64,000 nt of DNA from Octopus vulgaris (lineage: Eukaryota): assembly GCA_951406725.2 (NCBI GenBank), contig OX597842.1:4650001-4714000 (forward strand). Direction: 5' to 3'. Of this stretch, positions 37,076 to 50,700 are shown one piece after another. The notes below the pieces were generated by a model. That model saw only the letters and a program-made list of their open reading frames with translations, was not told the DNA's origin and searched no databases. The position numbers were made by a program, and so were the translations under genes. How positions within the stretch are numbered: the stretch's first letter is position 1; the number at the start of each line of letters is the position of its first letter.

Positions 37076-38009
37076 CCTGCCTTACCACCTGATTCTTAGA
37101 GGACTAGTAGGAATTCTTTTAACAATGAGTACCAAATGCAAATGAATAATTGCGTAATTTCAAAAACAAAATTGTCTGTCCTTCACAAAATCAGTGTTTA
37201 AGGAAAAACATTAAGGAAAAATATAGTCTTTCAAAGTAATAAGAGATCATAAGTATTATTACATAGGTTTATTTGCTACAATTTGGAAATCTAGATTTCA
37301 TAATCATTATTATTCATTTAAGTAGACAAGCAAAGGTAATTCTACAAATCTTAGTAAATGCGTTTGGGATTTAAAAGACAGTATGATTTAAAGTGGTCCA
37401 TTATTAGCTACACATCATACAATATTGGTAATTCTACATGTGATTTTGCCTTGAAGAAATGTATTACATAATTACTTCTGAATTAATTTTATTACAATGA
37501 AATGTCACCAATTTCTGAAGACATTTAAATATTTCATTTCTTGATTATAATTGCTTTTCTTATGTTATACAAAAAGCATAATTTTTCTAAAAAAGTTTAT
37601 TATATTTAATAAATAGATAACTAATTGTCAAGATATAGAAATTCTTTGTTTCTAATTGTCATAACATAGAATTTCCATGTTTATTTTTTATTCTTTCATT
37701 ATCCAACAAGAGTTGAATACAAAAATAACTTTCCTTGGATTAAATTTCTTCTTATTGTTCTTTTTGTATACATTCATGTACTGGAAATATCTCCTAATTT
37801 CACTTTGAATTTCATTAATTTTGGATTACCTTGAAAACATTGTGTTAACATGTATTTTCAGATGTATTAATTTCAATATTTTCTATATCTAAATATGCTG
37901 ACACGACAGAAACAATTGTCAGCATTGTAAGGGGAATTCTAAAATTAAAGATTTGACTTTCTCTGTCCATATATATATAACACAAATACACACACACACA
38001 CACACACAC

Positions 38010-38059
<50 letters not shown>

Positions 38060-38282
38060 AACATCATATGGTTGGGAAGCAAGCTCCTCAACCACACAGC
38101 CACACCTTGCACCTACCTGCTAAAAATAGCAGGTAAATCTACTGAACTTGTTGGATGTAGTCTTGAGATAGGAAAAAAAACTGACAGGATTGTTGTGATT
38201 GAAATATTTTTGCTCATGGGTCTGCCTGCTGGATCAAAGGTAATTAACAACATCTACCACCATAGGGCCCACTGTTACTCAC

Positions 38283-38393
38283 CTGTACAGGTTTTCTGTA
38301 TGGTTCCTTCCAGAAAAACACCACAGTAATTAGTCTCTGCTTTTTTGGCAGTGGTATGGACAGGTAACAGAAAGGATCAAAAGTAATGGACAC
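38283..38393 (-). CDS. USP19: USP19 exon
   Basis: [37 protein letters not shown]; atttcag / gtgag. Confidence 0.94.
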
Positions 38394-38402
38394 CTGAAAT
38401 TA

Positions 38403-39100
38403 GATAATAATAAAGGTTTCAAATTTTGGCAAAGGGCAGGCAATTTTGGGAGAGGAGGTATGTTGATTACATCAGTCCCAGTGCTCAGCTGGTATTTATA
38501 ATCCTTGCTACTAAAGGCATGAAAATTTTTGGGGGGGAGGGAGTTAGTTGATTACATCGACCCCAGTGCCTAACTGGTACTTATTTTATCAACCCTGAAA
38601 GGATGAGAGGCAAAGTTTGAACCCAGAACATGAAAATGGACAAAATTCTACTAAGCATTCCACCTGGCATGCTAACAATTCTGACAGCTCATCACTTTAA
38701 TAATAATAATAATCCTTTCTACTAAAGGCACAAGACCTGAAATTTTGGGGGCGGGGCTAGTTGATTATATCTACCTCAGTATGTAACTGGTATTTATTTC
38801 ATCGACCCCAAAAACATGAAAGGCAACGTCGACCTTGGTGGCATTTGAACTCAGAATGTACAGACGGATGAAATACTGCTAGGCATGGCATGCTAACGAT
38901 TCTGCCAGCTCACCTAATACTAATGTTAATAACTCTTTCTACTACTATAGGCACAAGGCCTGCAATTTCAGGAGAAGGAACTAATTGGGGCTAGTTGATT
39001 ACATCAACCTCAGTACTTAATTGATACTTATTTTATCAACCTTGATAGAATAAAAGGCAAAATTGACCTTGGTGGAATTTGAACACAGAACACAAAGACA
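38403..39100 (-). mobile_element. Cluster of about four head-to-tail SINE copies
   Basis: Repeated taataatcctttctact...gattacatc...gaaaggatgaaaggc...gaactcagaa units starting near 38403, 38497, 38700 and 38925. Confidence 0.8.
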
Positions 39101-40739
39101 GATAAAGTAGGATAAAGCTCCTTCCCAGATCATATAGACTTTACAGGGTCGGTTTCATGGTTTCTTTGGTGCATATACTTCACCCCTGATGGGATGCTGG
39201 TCTGTCACAGGATTACTCATTCTTGCAAGCTGAGTGGACGGCTGCAGTATGAAATGAAGTGTTTTGCTCAAGAACACAATGCATCACCCAGTCCAGGAAT
39301 TGAAACCACAGTCTTACAATCATGAGTCCAACACCCTAACCACTAAGCCATGCAACTCCACAATCAATGCCTTGCGTAACTGCTTAGTCCACATTACTCC
39401 ATAGGGAGCACAGGGCCAGTTTCCTGGTTTCTCTGGTGTATGTATTCCACACTTGATGGGATGCCAGCCCGTTGCAGGATTAATTATTTCTACCAGTTGG
39501 GTGGATAGGAGCAATGTGAAATGAAGTGTTTTGCTCAAGAAGACAACTCCTCGCATGGTCTAGGAATCGAAACCTCACAGATTTAAAAATAAGGCCTGAG
39601 GTCAATTTGCTTTTCTCAACTGTGAAAATCAAACCAAAATAAACAGTGAAGCCTGGTGCAGGATTCTGCCAAGCCAGCTCCTATTTCTTTTACTACCCAC
39701 AAGGGGCTAAACACGTTGATTACATCGACCCCAGTGCGTAACTGGTACTTATTTAATTGACCCTGAAAGGATGAAAGGCAAAGTCGACCTCGGCGGAATT
39801 TGAACTCAGAACATAGCGGCAGACGAAATACGGCTACACATTTCGTCCGGCATGCTAACAATTCTGCCAGCTCCTGTCAAAGTGTCCAGCCCATGCCAAC
39901 ATGGAAAACAAACATTAAGTGATGATGATGAAACCCTTCAAGGTAGTGCTCCAACACAACTACAGTCCAATCACTGAAGCAAATAAAAGATAAAATATGC
40001 CTGTGTACAAGATAAAAAGAGATGCTGGCAGAATCCTGCTTTAAACATTCCATATAAACCCTCAAAACTTTCATTTTTTGGAATTTTCAGAAAATTTTTT
40101 GCAACTGGAATTCATATGATTATGAAAAAAAGAAAATGTCGTTTTTTTTCTATTTACCCCCACCCCCACCCTGGCCCCCATCCTAAAATTCCCACTCTTT
40201 TTCAAATTTTTATTTAAAAATCAGCATGTAAAATATGGACAATTTTTTGCTTAAATCCCATCAATGGGCCACCCTTGGGTGCATCATCATTCCATTATGT
40301 GTTTGAGGCCCAAAATTTTGCCAGCCATGCTAACGTTTCTGCCAGCTCGCTGCTTTATGGGGAGAAAAATATTGAATACAATACACGTCAGAGTGACAAA
40401 GAAATGAGGAAGGTATCAGGTAGTTGTGAGATGTGTTAAAAATAACAGGTAAACCAACCTTAAATCACACACAAAAAATTTCTTTTTCATAATCTTATGA
40501 ATTCCCAGGTGTGGAACACAAATTTGCAAAAATTTTCTGAAAATTAAAAAAAAAATAGAAAAAACTTATGAAGGGTTAAATGGTCTGCTTTACCCAGAAT
40601 TCCACTGATATACTCTTTCTATTGCTTCCACGAAGGTCTTGACTCCTAGAGAGTGAGCCACTAGCTTGTTGCGCCCAGCAGACACATCTCACCATCCCTC
40701 CACTTTTTCTTGCTCTCACTCTCTCAATGAAAAAAATTA

Positions 40740-41006
<267 letters not shown>

Positions 41007-42343
41007 TCAAAGTTTGGGACAAGGCCAACAATTTCAGAGAAGGGTACTTATTTCATCGACCCTGAATGGATGAAAGGTAAAACTTGGAGGAATTTGAACT
41101 TAGAACATCTTTGTGAGGAGGAATTATAAAATAGGATGAAGAATTGTAAAACAGAAGAAGTGAAGGAAAAAAACAATGAAGAAATGATTGTTTGTAAAAC
41201 AGAAGTGGGAAGGGAAAAAATTAGAGGATCCATCCATTTTCTCCACCCACTATTCCTGGGAGAGCCATGGGGGTAGAGTTTTCAGGTACCTCCTCCATAG
41301 GGTCCTATCAGAGGCATCCACCATTACACTTTCTGGCTAGATTCCCAAGCATGACCAACTGAGATATGGATACTGTCCAACCACCTAAATCTTGGTCTAT
41401 TCTGGGTTGACTTTCCTGTAACATTCTAATCACATGTCTATAATACCAGCCCTGTGACCTCCAATGCAATGTAAAGTGAAGTACCTTGACCAAGGACACA
41501 ACATACCATCAGGATAGAATCAAACCCACAACTTGATGGTCAAGGGCCCAGTGGCCTAACTGCTAGGCACTGCACCTCCAATTAGAAGGAGGAGGGAGAG
41601 AAAAATATTGAAGTTGTTTTTTTTTTATTATGATATTAAAAGAGAGGTATACAAGAGGGTTGGTAATGGAAGTGGGGAGTAGTGAATAAGGGGAGCAGTG
41701 AGGGAAAGTGGAGGGGGCAATGAAGGGGAACAAGGGAGGAGAGCAATGAGGGAGATCAGTGAGGGAGAGGGGAAGTGATGACGAAGTGAGGGAACGAAGG
41801 ACAGGGAGAGTGAAGGAGAGTGATGAGTAAAGGAGAGGAAAGAGTGATGAGGGAGAGGGGGAATACTAATAAAGAAGAAGGCAATAATTACTAACATTGC
41901 CCCTCACCAACTTATCCTCCCATCCACATCTTAAAACATACAAAATACAACCACACCCACATACCACCACTACACAAAAGACTCACCTGAGGTTGGGGGG
42001 GACTCTAGCCCCACAATCACATGCAATCACACTAAAATACCTTCAGCTAGTACAACACCATGGAACACTGCTACACCACCATCACCACCAGCTATAAAAC
42101 CATCACTACCACCATCTCATACACAACATCAACACCACTATCATTACTACAACACCAACACTATTTCCTACAACACCACCATCACCATCTTCTACTCAAC
42201 ATCAACACCATCATTATCTCCAACATCATTCGTCAACCATACCGTCATCACCATCACCACCACTGCCACCAACTACAAACACCAGCACATGACCACTACC
42301 ACCACTGACACCACCACAAATAAAGTACTTGTCAAGAGGTTAC

Positions 42344-42409
42344 CTCATCTGGTCGGCCATCTGAGTCAACAGTCTGAATGTAAGGTTTGTTCTTGACTCT
42401 GTTGAGATC
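42344..42409 (-). CDS. USP19: USP19 exon
   Basis: DLNRVKNKPYIQTVDSDGRPDE; tttctag / gtaacc. Confidence 0.93.
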
Positions 42410-42504
42410 CTAGAAAAAAAGAGAAAGAGAGAAAGAAGAGTTAAGGTTAGAGCAGATGTAAACAAAATAAATTAATCAATAAACAAACATCTATTCTCTC
42501 AGTG

Positions 42505-43347
42505 TAAAAAGTGGCATCAAAAAGTTCCAGGATTAGTTATGTTTAATAAAAAAAATAACTTATTTTAACCATCATCTCCTTCGAAATAGTCACCTTGCAC
42601 AGTAATACACCAGCCCCAGCATTTGTGCCACTTTTGAAATCTGGTCTGGAAGTCTTTTTCCAGAAGCAAGTCAAAACCTGCTGTGATTCGCCCTGGATTT
42701 TGACAACAGCGTTTAAACAGCGACCCTTGAATTGCATTTTCCCCTTGGGGAAGAAATGGCGAATAGAGAGGGTGTGGAAGCAATACCATGATGTTTTTGG
42801 CAAGAAACTCATGGGTGAGGAGAGCTTGGTGACAGAGTTGCATTGTCATTGTGGAGAGTTCAATTCTTTGCACTCCACAGATGTGGTCACCTTCACCTAA
42901 TGTCCTCCCTCATATGCTTCAAAATGTCGCAGTAGAACTCTCGGTTGACGGTCTGGCCCTGGGGGACAAATTCTCAATGCACAATACCACATTTCTATGG
43001 GTGACACTCATGGCAGGTCTTCTAGGGACCTTCTTCTGCTTTTGCAGCAGCCATGCAACTTAAAACATTGCATACAACCCATTGCCTTGTCACCATAAGC
43101 TTGTTGAAGCATGCTCAGTGTCTCTGGAGCAGACTTCCCAAGTTTAACACAAAATTTCATGCTGGCTCTTTGTTCCTGTCCATGACAAAATCTCAGACAA
43201 CAGCATACCTGTGATCACAAAAACACAAATTTCACAACTTGCCAAGTAAACACAGTGATGTCACTCAGTACACTGCCTCATGAAGGTCACTGTTATCCCT
43301 CACTATGCATGCAACTGAGAGCTGGAAACTTTTTGATACCACCTCAT
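42505..43347 (-). mobile_element. Decayed mariner element
   Basis: TIR-like gtggcatcaaaaagttcc / ggaaactttttgataccac; minus frame LPHPLYSP and FQKWHKCWGWCITVQGDYFEGD. Confidence 0.85.
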
Positions 43348-45192
43348 ATCCCCTCCACACTGACCTCACCCACAGGGTGAGAGGGATGGCATGTGCGGAT
43401 TGCAAATTTCCAAGCAAGTTCAACCAGATTATGATGCCCAGTGGTTACACTGATCCATTCACCTTTCCTGCATATTTTATTAATCACAAAACATACAGAA
43501 ATAAAGAGAGGTACTGCTAGGTGGTATTTGAATTCAGAATACAAACAGACATAAAAGAATCCCACAAAATAACATGCACAATGTAAGGGAAAGGCACTTG
43601 TGTTTTGTGGGACATTGCTGGTGAGCTAAACAAGAGCTGGAGAGTGACCTACTGCTATAAATGCCAAAGTATGGCTCTACTGGAGCAAGTTGTCCAAACA
43701 CAATGTATGTAGATCAACTCACCAGAGACACTGGATGCCTCTCTGAAGACCTCCCTCAACTAATGTAGAACCAAGATGGAAGGTGTGTGTAGGTTGAGAA
43801 TGTCCGAGCAAGCTCAACTGGATGACAACACGTTACACAAGTCCATTCACCCCTTCGGCATTTTTTATTGATCAAAGAATACAGAGAGGCAAAGTGAGGT
43901 GGTATTTGATTCAGAATGCAAACAGACATAACATCACAAAGTATGATGCAAAATGTTCCACTGATTCTAACCTAGCATAAAGCAAAGTCATAGTGAGTGG
44001 GAAGACAGACAAATCACAAACCCCTTCAGGTAGATGGCCCTTCTCAATCTGTAAAAAAGGTGTAGGTAGAAACTCCATAAGATGTACCCAGTGTAAGCTT
44101 TGAACACATAAAAGGTGAAGCAACATCAGAGGAAGGTTAACAGGGAAAATAGCTTTTGTGTGTGGAAGATGCACAGGTACAATAAGCACCAAAAATGTAC
44201 AGAAAATAGACTCCATCAACTGCCAGGGGAGGGGGCAAGGCTAGAGACAGTGGATAGCTTCCATTATGTAGGTGACCATGTTAGTAGTGGAGGTGGGTGC
44301 TCCAAGAGCATAGCTGTGAGAATAAGATTAGGCTGGACAAAGTTCAGAGAGCTCTTACCTCTGCTGGCAGCAAAGGGCCTCTCCTTCAGAGTGAAAGGCA
44401 GATTGTATGATGCCAGTGTGCAAACAGCTATGCTGCATGGCAGTCTGATTTGGCATGGTTCCTACGACTGGATGCCTTTCCTAATATCAACCACTCCAAG
44501 AGTGTAATGAGTGCTTTTACATGCCACCTGCACAGGGGCCATTTGTGTGACACCAGCATTTGCCATGATTGTGATTAAACTTGGCTTGATGAGTCTTCTT
44601 CTCAAGCAAAGCATAATGCCAAAGGTGTTGGTTAGTGCCTCCATGAGGTCTAACACTCATAAGGTGCTTTTCATGTGCCACCGGCATCAGCCATTTTGCC
44701 TCCGTGAAGCCCAACGCTTGAAAGGTGCTTTTTACATGCCATCAGCATGGGTGCCAGTTATGTGACATCACCATCAGGCATACATACATATATATATGTA
44801 CAACAGGTTACTTTCAGTTTCCATCTACCAAATCTACTCACAAGGCTTTGGCCAGCTCAGAACTATAGTAGATCTTTACCCAAGGTGCTACACAGTGGGA
44901 CTGAACCCAGAACCATGTGGTTGGGAAGCAAACTTCTTACCACACAGTCATGCCCACACCCATATATATATATCATCATCATCATTTAATATCTGTTGTC
45001 CATGCTGGCATGGGTTGGATGGTTTGACCAGGGCTGGCAAGTTGGAAGCCTACACCAGACTCCAGTCTGATTTGACATGGTTTCTACAGCTGGATGCCCT
45101 TCCCAATGCCAACCACTCTAAGAGTGTAATGAGTGCTTTTACATGCCACCTGCATGGCCACTTGTGTGACACCATATATATATATATATATA

Positions 45193-45445
45193 TAAAATAC
45201 AAAATGGGACAAGAATGCAAAACATCCGGACAACTAGGTGATACAAAAAGGGACAACAAAACATCCAGATAGATGTAAAGGCTGAGCCGAAATTGCGAGG
45301 ATAATCTGGTTCTTGACTGAAGATAGAAAACTTCGAATGACCCGACCTTGTTTACTTTGTATCGTATATCTGGATGTTTTGTTGTCCCTTTTTGCATCAC
45401 CTAGTTGTGCGGATGTTTTGCATTCTTGTCCCATTTTCTATTTTA
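45193..45445. repeat. Inverted repeat element in TA microsatellite (~80-bp arms)
   Basis: aaaatgggacaagaatgcaaaacatcc mirrored by ggatgttttgcattcttgtcccatttt; spacer shared with 61118-61232. Confidence 0.85.
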
Positions 45446-45749
45446 TTTATATATATATATATATATAGCAGCGTACGTACACTTTGTTCTCATATATATA
45501 TACAGACACACACACATCTATATAATAAATCATCATGTGCGCAGTCAAGACTGAAAATTAGAAATGGAGTTTTTTCAGTTTCCTCTTAGAGCTCCTATAG
45601 GAGAAGACATTGGCCCAAGATTCCACTGCACAGTGGGAGTGGATCAGAAACTCGTGACTGGGAAGCATAACTTCTTAATTACATAGCACAGCCATGCATG
45701 CCCTTCCAACTGAAGATGGGAAAGATCTGAGACATGAAAAGGGACTCAC

Positions 45750-45842
45750 CTCATGTAACATATCCAATAGAAAGGCCATGAACTCTTGTGCGTCATGTTG
45801 TGCAAACCCTGTGAACACGCTGGCCTTCATCGCAACAAGGTT
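45750..45842 (-). CDS. USP19: USP19 exon (QHDAQEF box)
   Basis: NLVAMKASVFTGFAQHDAQEFMAFLLDMLHE; catgcag / gtgag; absent from ORF track. Confidence 0.94.
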
Positions 45843-46119
45843 CTGCATGGAGAGAAAAGAGAGAGGAATATGTAAATTAATAAATTAAATCATTAATTGA
45901 CTTTTGATGAATTAACGAGAAAAGTGAGATGAGTAATTGAACTTATCACCCCAAAAAAAAGACTAGTAAATAGGGTGTATGGACATGAATGTGCTTGCAT
46001 GTGATGTGTGTGTGTACATGGGTGCACATGTGTGCAATGCATTTGGGCATGTGTGTTATGTGTGTACAGGTGGGATGTGTGTGATTGCATGTGTGATGTA
46101 TGTGTGCATATGTATGAAT

Positions 46120-46485
46120 ACAGTGATGAATCTAGCATTCAGGTACGGGTTCACCAGGGCTCAGTTCTCAGCCCACTCTTATTCATTATAGTCCTCCAGG
46201 CCATAACAGAGGAATTCAAAACTGGATGCCTGTGGGAACTGCTATATGCTGATCACCTTGCTCTTATTGCAGAATCTTTAGCAAAATTGGAGAAGAAATT
46301 TCAGGTATGGAAACAAAACCTGGAATCAAAAGGCCTTAAAGTTAACCTAGCTAAGACAAAAGTGGTTATTAGTAACAAAAAAGATAAAACTCTTTTTCCA
46401 TCAGGTAAATGGCCCTGCTCAGTATGCAGGAAAGGAGTTGGAAGAAATTCCATTTGCTGCACCCAGTGTAAACTATGGACACGTA
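46120..46485 (+). mobile_element. LINE reverse transcriptase fragment
   Basis: VHQGSVLSPLLFIIVL...WELLYADHLAL...KWPCSVCRKGVGRNSICCTQCKLW. Confidence 0.88.
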
Positions 46486-46856
46486 AGAGCATAATCATCA
46501 TCATTTAATGTTCAGCATGGGCTAGATGTTTGTGTGTATATGGATATATATATATATATATATATATAACAAAGTAAAGTTGTAAGGTACCGCATGAGTG
46601 GAAATATATATGAAAGAAGGTTTGAAAATGCAATGTTTATTCACTTGACCGGTTTCACTTTTTTAGAAAAAGATTGTCAAAAGTAACATGTAAAGCTTTG
46701 TTGAGTTAAGTACTGGTTGTCACAAAAGTATTAAAATTCATATATACATTCTTTGATAATAATAAGAAAATGTTAAAAACAGTTTACAAGAGAGTATTTA
46801 AAAAGATATTCAACAAAAAGTATTAGGAGTTCAATATAAATCATGTTTGTTTGGAA

Positions 46857-46919
<63 letters not shown>

Positions 46920-48094
46920 CACACAGAAGGAGATATATTTAAGAATTTACAAAACATTGGAGAGAAACCAACCTGTCTTTTGGGCATTTTTTCTATTTTG
47001 TGTGTAGCTAAGGATTGTTTGCTATTTTAAGGGACAGTGTGAGAGGTGTGTTGGGGTGGGGGAAAGGAGGAGCAATGTGGAATTAAAAGGATTTTTTTGT
47101 TTCTGGGCTAGTCTGTCATGGTTCAGTGGTTTTTAGGACTGGTCACAGAGGTCAGAATGGTGTGAGTGTGTGTGTCTCTGTACATGTCTCTATGTGTGTG
47201 TATATACATGTGTTTGTGTGTGCAGGCCATTTTTGATTCGTCCAAGAGTTTATTGTGACATGTGTATATGGGTCTGTATATTATATTTGGTAGGATGGTG
47301 TGTGCATATGTGTGCACGTTTGTGTGTGTGTGATTAATATTTGTTAGGGTGTTGTGTGTGTGTATGTGTTTGTTCGCATGTGTGTGTGCATTGGTGTGTA
47401 CATATGTTTATGTGTTTTGTGTTGGTGGGGATGTTATGTGTATGTACGTGAGTGTGTGTGTCTGTCTGAGTATGTTTTTGTCCTTGTGATGTGTGTGTGC
47501 ATGTGTGTGAGGGTACATATGTGTGCGTGTGGGTGTGTATGCGTGTGTGTTTTGTGTATGTTGGTACTGAGTATGTGTTTGTGTGTGTATATGTGGGTAT
47601 GGTTTATATAGTTTCCGTGTGTGTGTGCTGTATTTGAGTTGTTTTGTTTGTATTGTTAGTGCAGCGTGTGTGTGTGTATACGTGTCAGTGTGTTTGTGTG
47701 ATTGTGTCAATGTGTCTTGTATTTGTCAGGGAGGTGTGTGCCACTGTGTTGTGCGTGCTTATGTGTATGTGTGTTTGTGAGTGTTTATAGTGATTGTTGG
47801 GGTTATTTTTCTGCTCATTGGTCAAGTCCTATACACAATGGGTATTTTCTATTTATCTATAATCGAATGCCACACAGCCTTGAACACATTAAGTTATTAC
47901 ATTTACACATACACACACACATAACAACATATACATATTGTATACACACATATATATACATACATACATACATACATGCACATATACACACACACACACA
48001 TTGTACCATATAGCTGTGGTAAGAGATCATTTTACTCAAACGGTTGCAACTCCAAGTGAGTGCAGCTTCACTAAAAGGTGAGGAAATCACTCAC

Positions 48095-48228
48095 CTTTAA
48101 CTTTGAGGGTTGGTATGATGTGTATTTACCACTCCACAGACATCTCAACAAGACAGCAAATGCTGAAGCCAACTGGCCGCCTGAGCCCAACAGGTTTTCG
48201 GTGTTTATCTCCTTCTGGAAACTGCCAT
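48095..48228 (-). CDS. USP19: USP19 exon (catalytic domain)
   Basis: GSFQKEINTENLLGSGGQLASAFAVLLRCLWSGKYTSYQPSKLK; aatccag / gtgag. Confidence 0.93.
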
Positions 48229-48419
48229 CTGGATTAGAGAAAAAGACAAGATTAGAGAAAAGAGATAGATGATAGACAGACAAAGAGATAGAGAAACAGT
48301 TTTAACCCTTTTAGCAGTCAAAAGTAATGCTTTGAATTAATCAAGCATTACTTTGCAGCTTTGAGATTTTGATTATGTGATTATGTGATTTTGATTATGG
48401 TTGGATGCCCTTCCTTACA

Positions 48420-50110
48420 CCAACCACTCTGGTTTTCTTATCTGTACATAGCTTACACAGGAATTTCTCCCAACATCTTTTCTACAGATCGAGCAGGGCC
48501 ATCTCCTTGAAGGGATCTGTGATTTGTCTGTTTTCCTACTTATCAATACTTTGGTATTTGCTAAATTAACTCTAAGGCCTTTTGATTTCCAAACCTTGCT
48601 TCCATACCTGAAATTTCTTCTCTAGTTCTGGTAGTGGTTCAGCAATAAGAACAAGGTCATCAGCATAGAGGAGCTCCCAAGGGCAGCCAGTCTTAAACTC
48701 CTCAGTTATAGCTTGGAGGACCATGATAAATAAGAGCAAGGTAAGAACAAATGCTGATGGACTCCTACTTGTACACTAAATGCTATACTCATTGGCAACT
48801 CTCACCTTACTAACAGCATCCCTGAACATGGCTTGTACAGCTCTCACTAACCACTCACTTATCCCTAGCTTTCGCATTGCCCACCAGATAAGGTGGCAAA
48901 AGCCAGAAGCAGGTTTATTTCTGGCCAAGTATTTCTCCTGCAGTTTCCTCACCAGAAAGATAGCATCAGTGGTGCTTGTCCCTGGTACAAATCCAAAACT
49001 GCATCTCATCGATGTTAACTCTCTTTCTAATTAATAAAGGTATGACCTTTTCTGTAACTTTCATCCCCTAGTCCTGCAATTTGATACCTCTGTAATTATT
49101 TCTGTCAAGAACATCACCTTTACTTTAGTAGTAGTTGACCATAATGCTGCTACACCAATCATGGACAACCTGATTAACTCTGGAGGTGATCAGGTAATAT
49201 CCCACCCTGCCAGAAATTTTAAGCATCTCAGTGGTGACCCCTGATGGGCCAGAGGCTTTCCATGTCTTCCTATCCTTAATTGTTTTATCTACTAAACTAC
49301 AATGAATTCAAACAGCTGGCTCCTCTGTTGGGTCCACATTGAGCAAGGTCTCCTCCCATGCATTCTCTACATTTAGCAGCCTCTCACAGTGATACTTCCA
49401 AGCCTCCTTCTTTGTAAGAACACTAACTGTAAGTGAACCATCATCCATGTAAACACATACCTCTCCTAGCACATCACAATTTTCTCTGGCACACTGTCTT
49501 GCAATTTGAAACATTTCAAGCCTCTCGTCCTCACAACACACACCATTCTGCCTTTCTGCTTCTCCCCTGGCTAAGTATACCTGTTTTCTAGCCTCCCTCC
49601 TAGCTACCTGATATAGTCCCACCACTCTTCCAGTCCATCCAAGCCTGTTTCTTTGCTCTAATGGCCTCGTCTACAGCATCGTTCAACCACCACATCACCC
49701 TAGGTCTGGTTCAGACTCTGCCACAGATTTGGTTGATGGCACACAACAAACTCTCTCGTAGGAATTTCCAGTTGTCCTCTATATCACAAGTCTGTAGAGT
49801 TCCTCTTCCTCCTCGTTAAATTTCTCAATTAAGGTGTTCCTAAATATCTGATTATATAAAGGATCCTTAAGCTTCTAAGTCCTTCATTTCCAGATTAGTC
49901 TTCTTCTTGGTGTCCTTCTGGCCTGAAGTCAAAGGTCACTAATGACTGGTCTATGCTGGGGAGTACATTCTTCACCAGGGAAGGTCTTTGCATTTATGAG
50001 CATCCATGTATCTCGCTGTCTAGTGAGAATGTAATCAATCTGGCCAGCATGGTCACCTGAGTGGTTTGTGTTGCAGATCATTAGATTATTCACATCACAG
50101 AACTCTAGTA
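48420..50110 (-). mobile_element. Decayed LINE ORF2 (endonuclease C-terminus to RT)
   Basis: QIDYIL, QHRPVISDL, GFVPGTSTTDAIFLVRKLQEKYL, WELLYADDL on minus strand with many disablements. Confidence 0.88.
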
Positions 50111-50144
50111 GCCTTGCTATATACATATATATATATATACATAA

Positions 50145-50178
<34 letters not shown>

Positions 50179-50468
50179 TGGGGGTGCTGAAAAGTTCCTG
50201 GCTTTAAGGGTATTGTGAAAGACCTGGTTGGAGATCTAACCTTTGAAGTTCTTTTACAGGGCTTAGAAAAACTGAAGGACCTCTGCAATAAGCATGTGGA
50301 TCTGAGAGGGGAATATGTTGAGTAAAATCATAATTAACTGATTCTCCTGTATTTTCTTTTACCCAAAACCAGGAACTTTTCAGTACCCCCTCATGCATGG
50401 TGGGATTGAACCCAGGACCACTGAATTGCAAAGCTAACTTTGCATTCAGCCAAAAGCTGCACCCATAG

Positions 50469-50504
<36 letters not shown>

Positions 50505-50540
50505 AATGCATACAACAAACACAGAGAGATGAGTACTGAC

Positions 50541-50700
50541 CGAGAAAGTAATCCCGAAATTCACTGGTGTTGGCCAGACACTGGAGCACACTGTTCATGA
50601 AACATGAGTTACCCAGGTTGTCTAGGCCTGTAAAACCTGGAGTGACCAATTGATCAATATCTCTCAGCTTGTTCATTGGAGACACTTTACATGTTGGTTT
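50541..50700 (-). CDS. USP19: USP19 exon (Cys box)
   Basis: KPTCKVSPM...[33 protein letters not shown]; cttacag acceptor, gtcagt donor. Confidence 0.95.

Noticed and set aside
45305-45345. CTGAAGA...GAAT hammerhead-like string (also near 61150)
   Set aside because: No GAAA after a convincing stem II, and no stem III or stem I pairing found.
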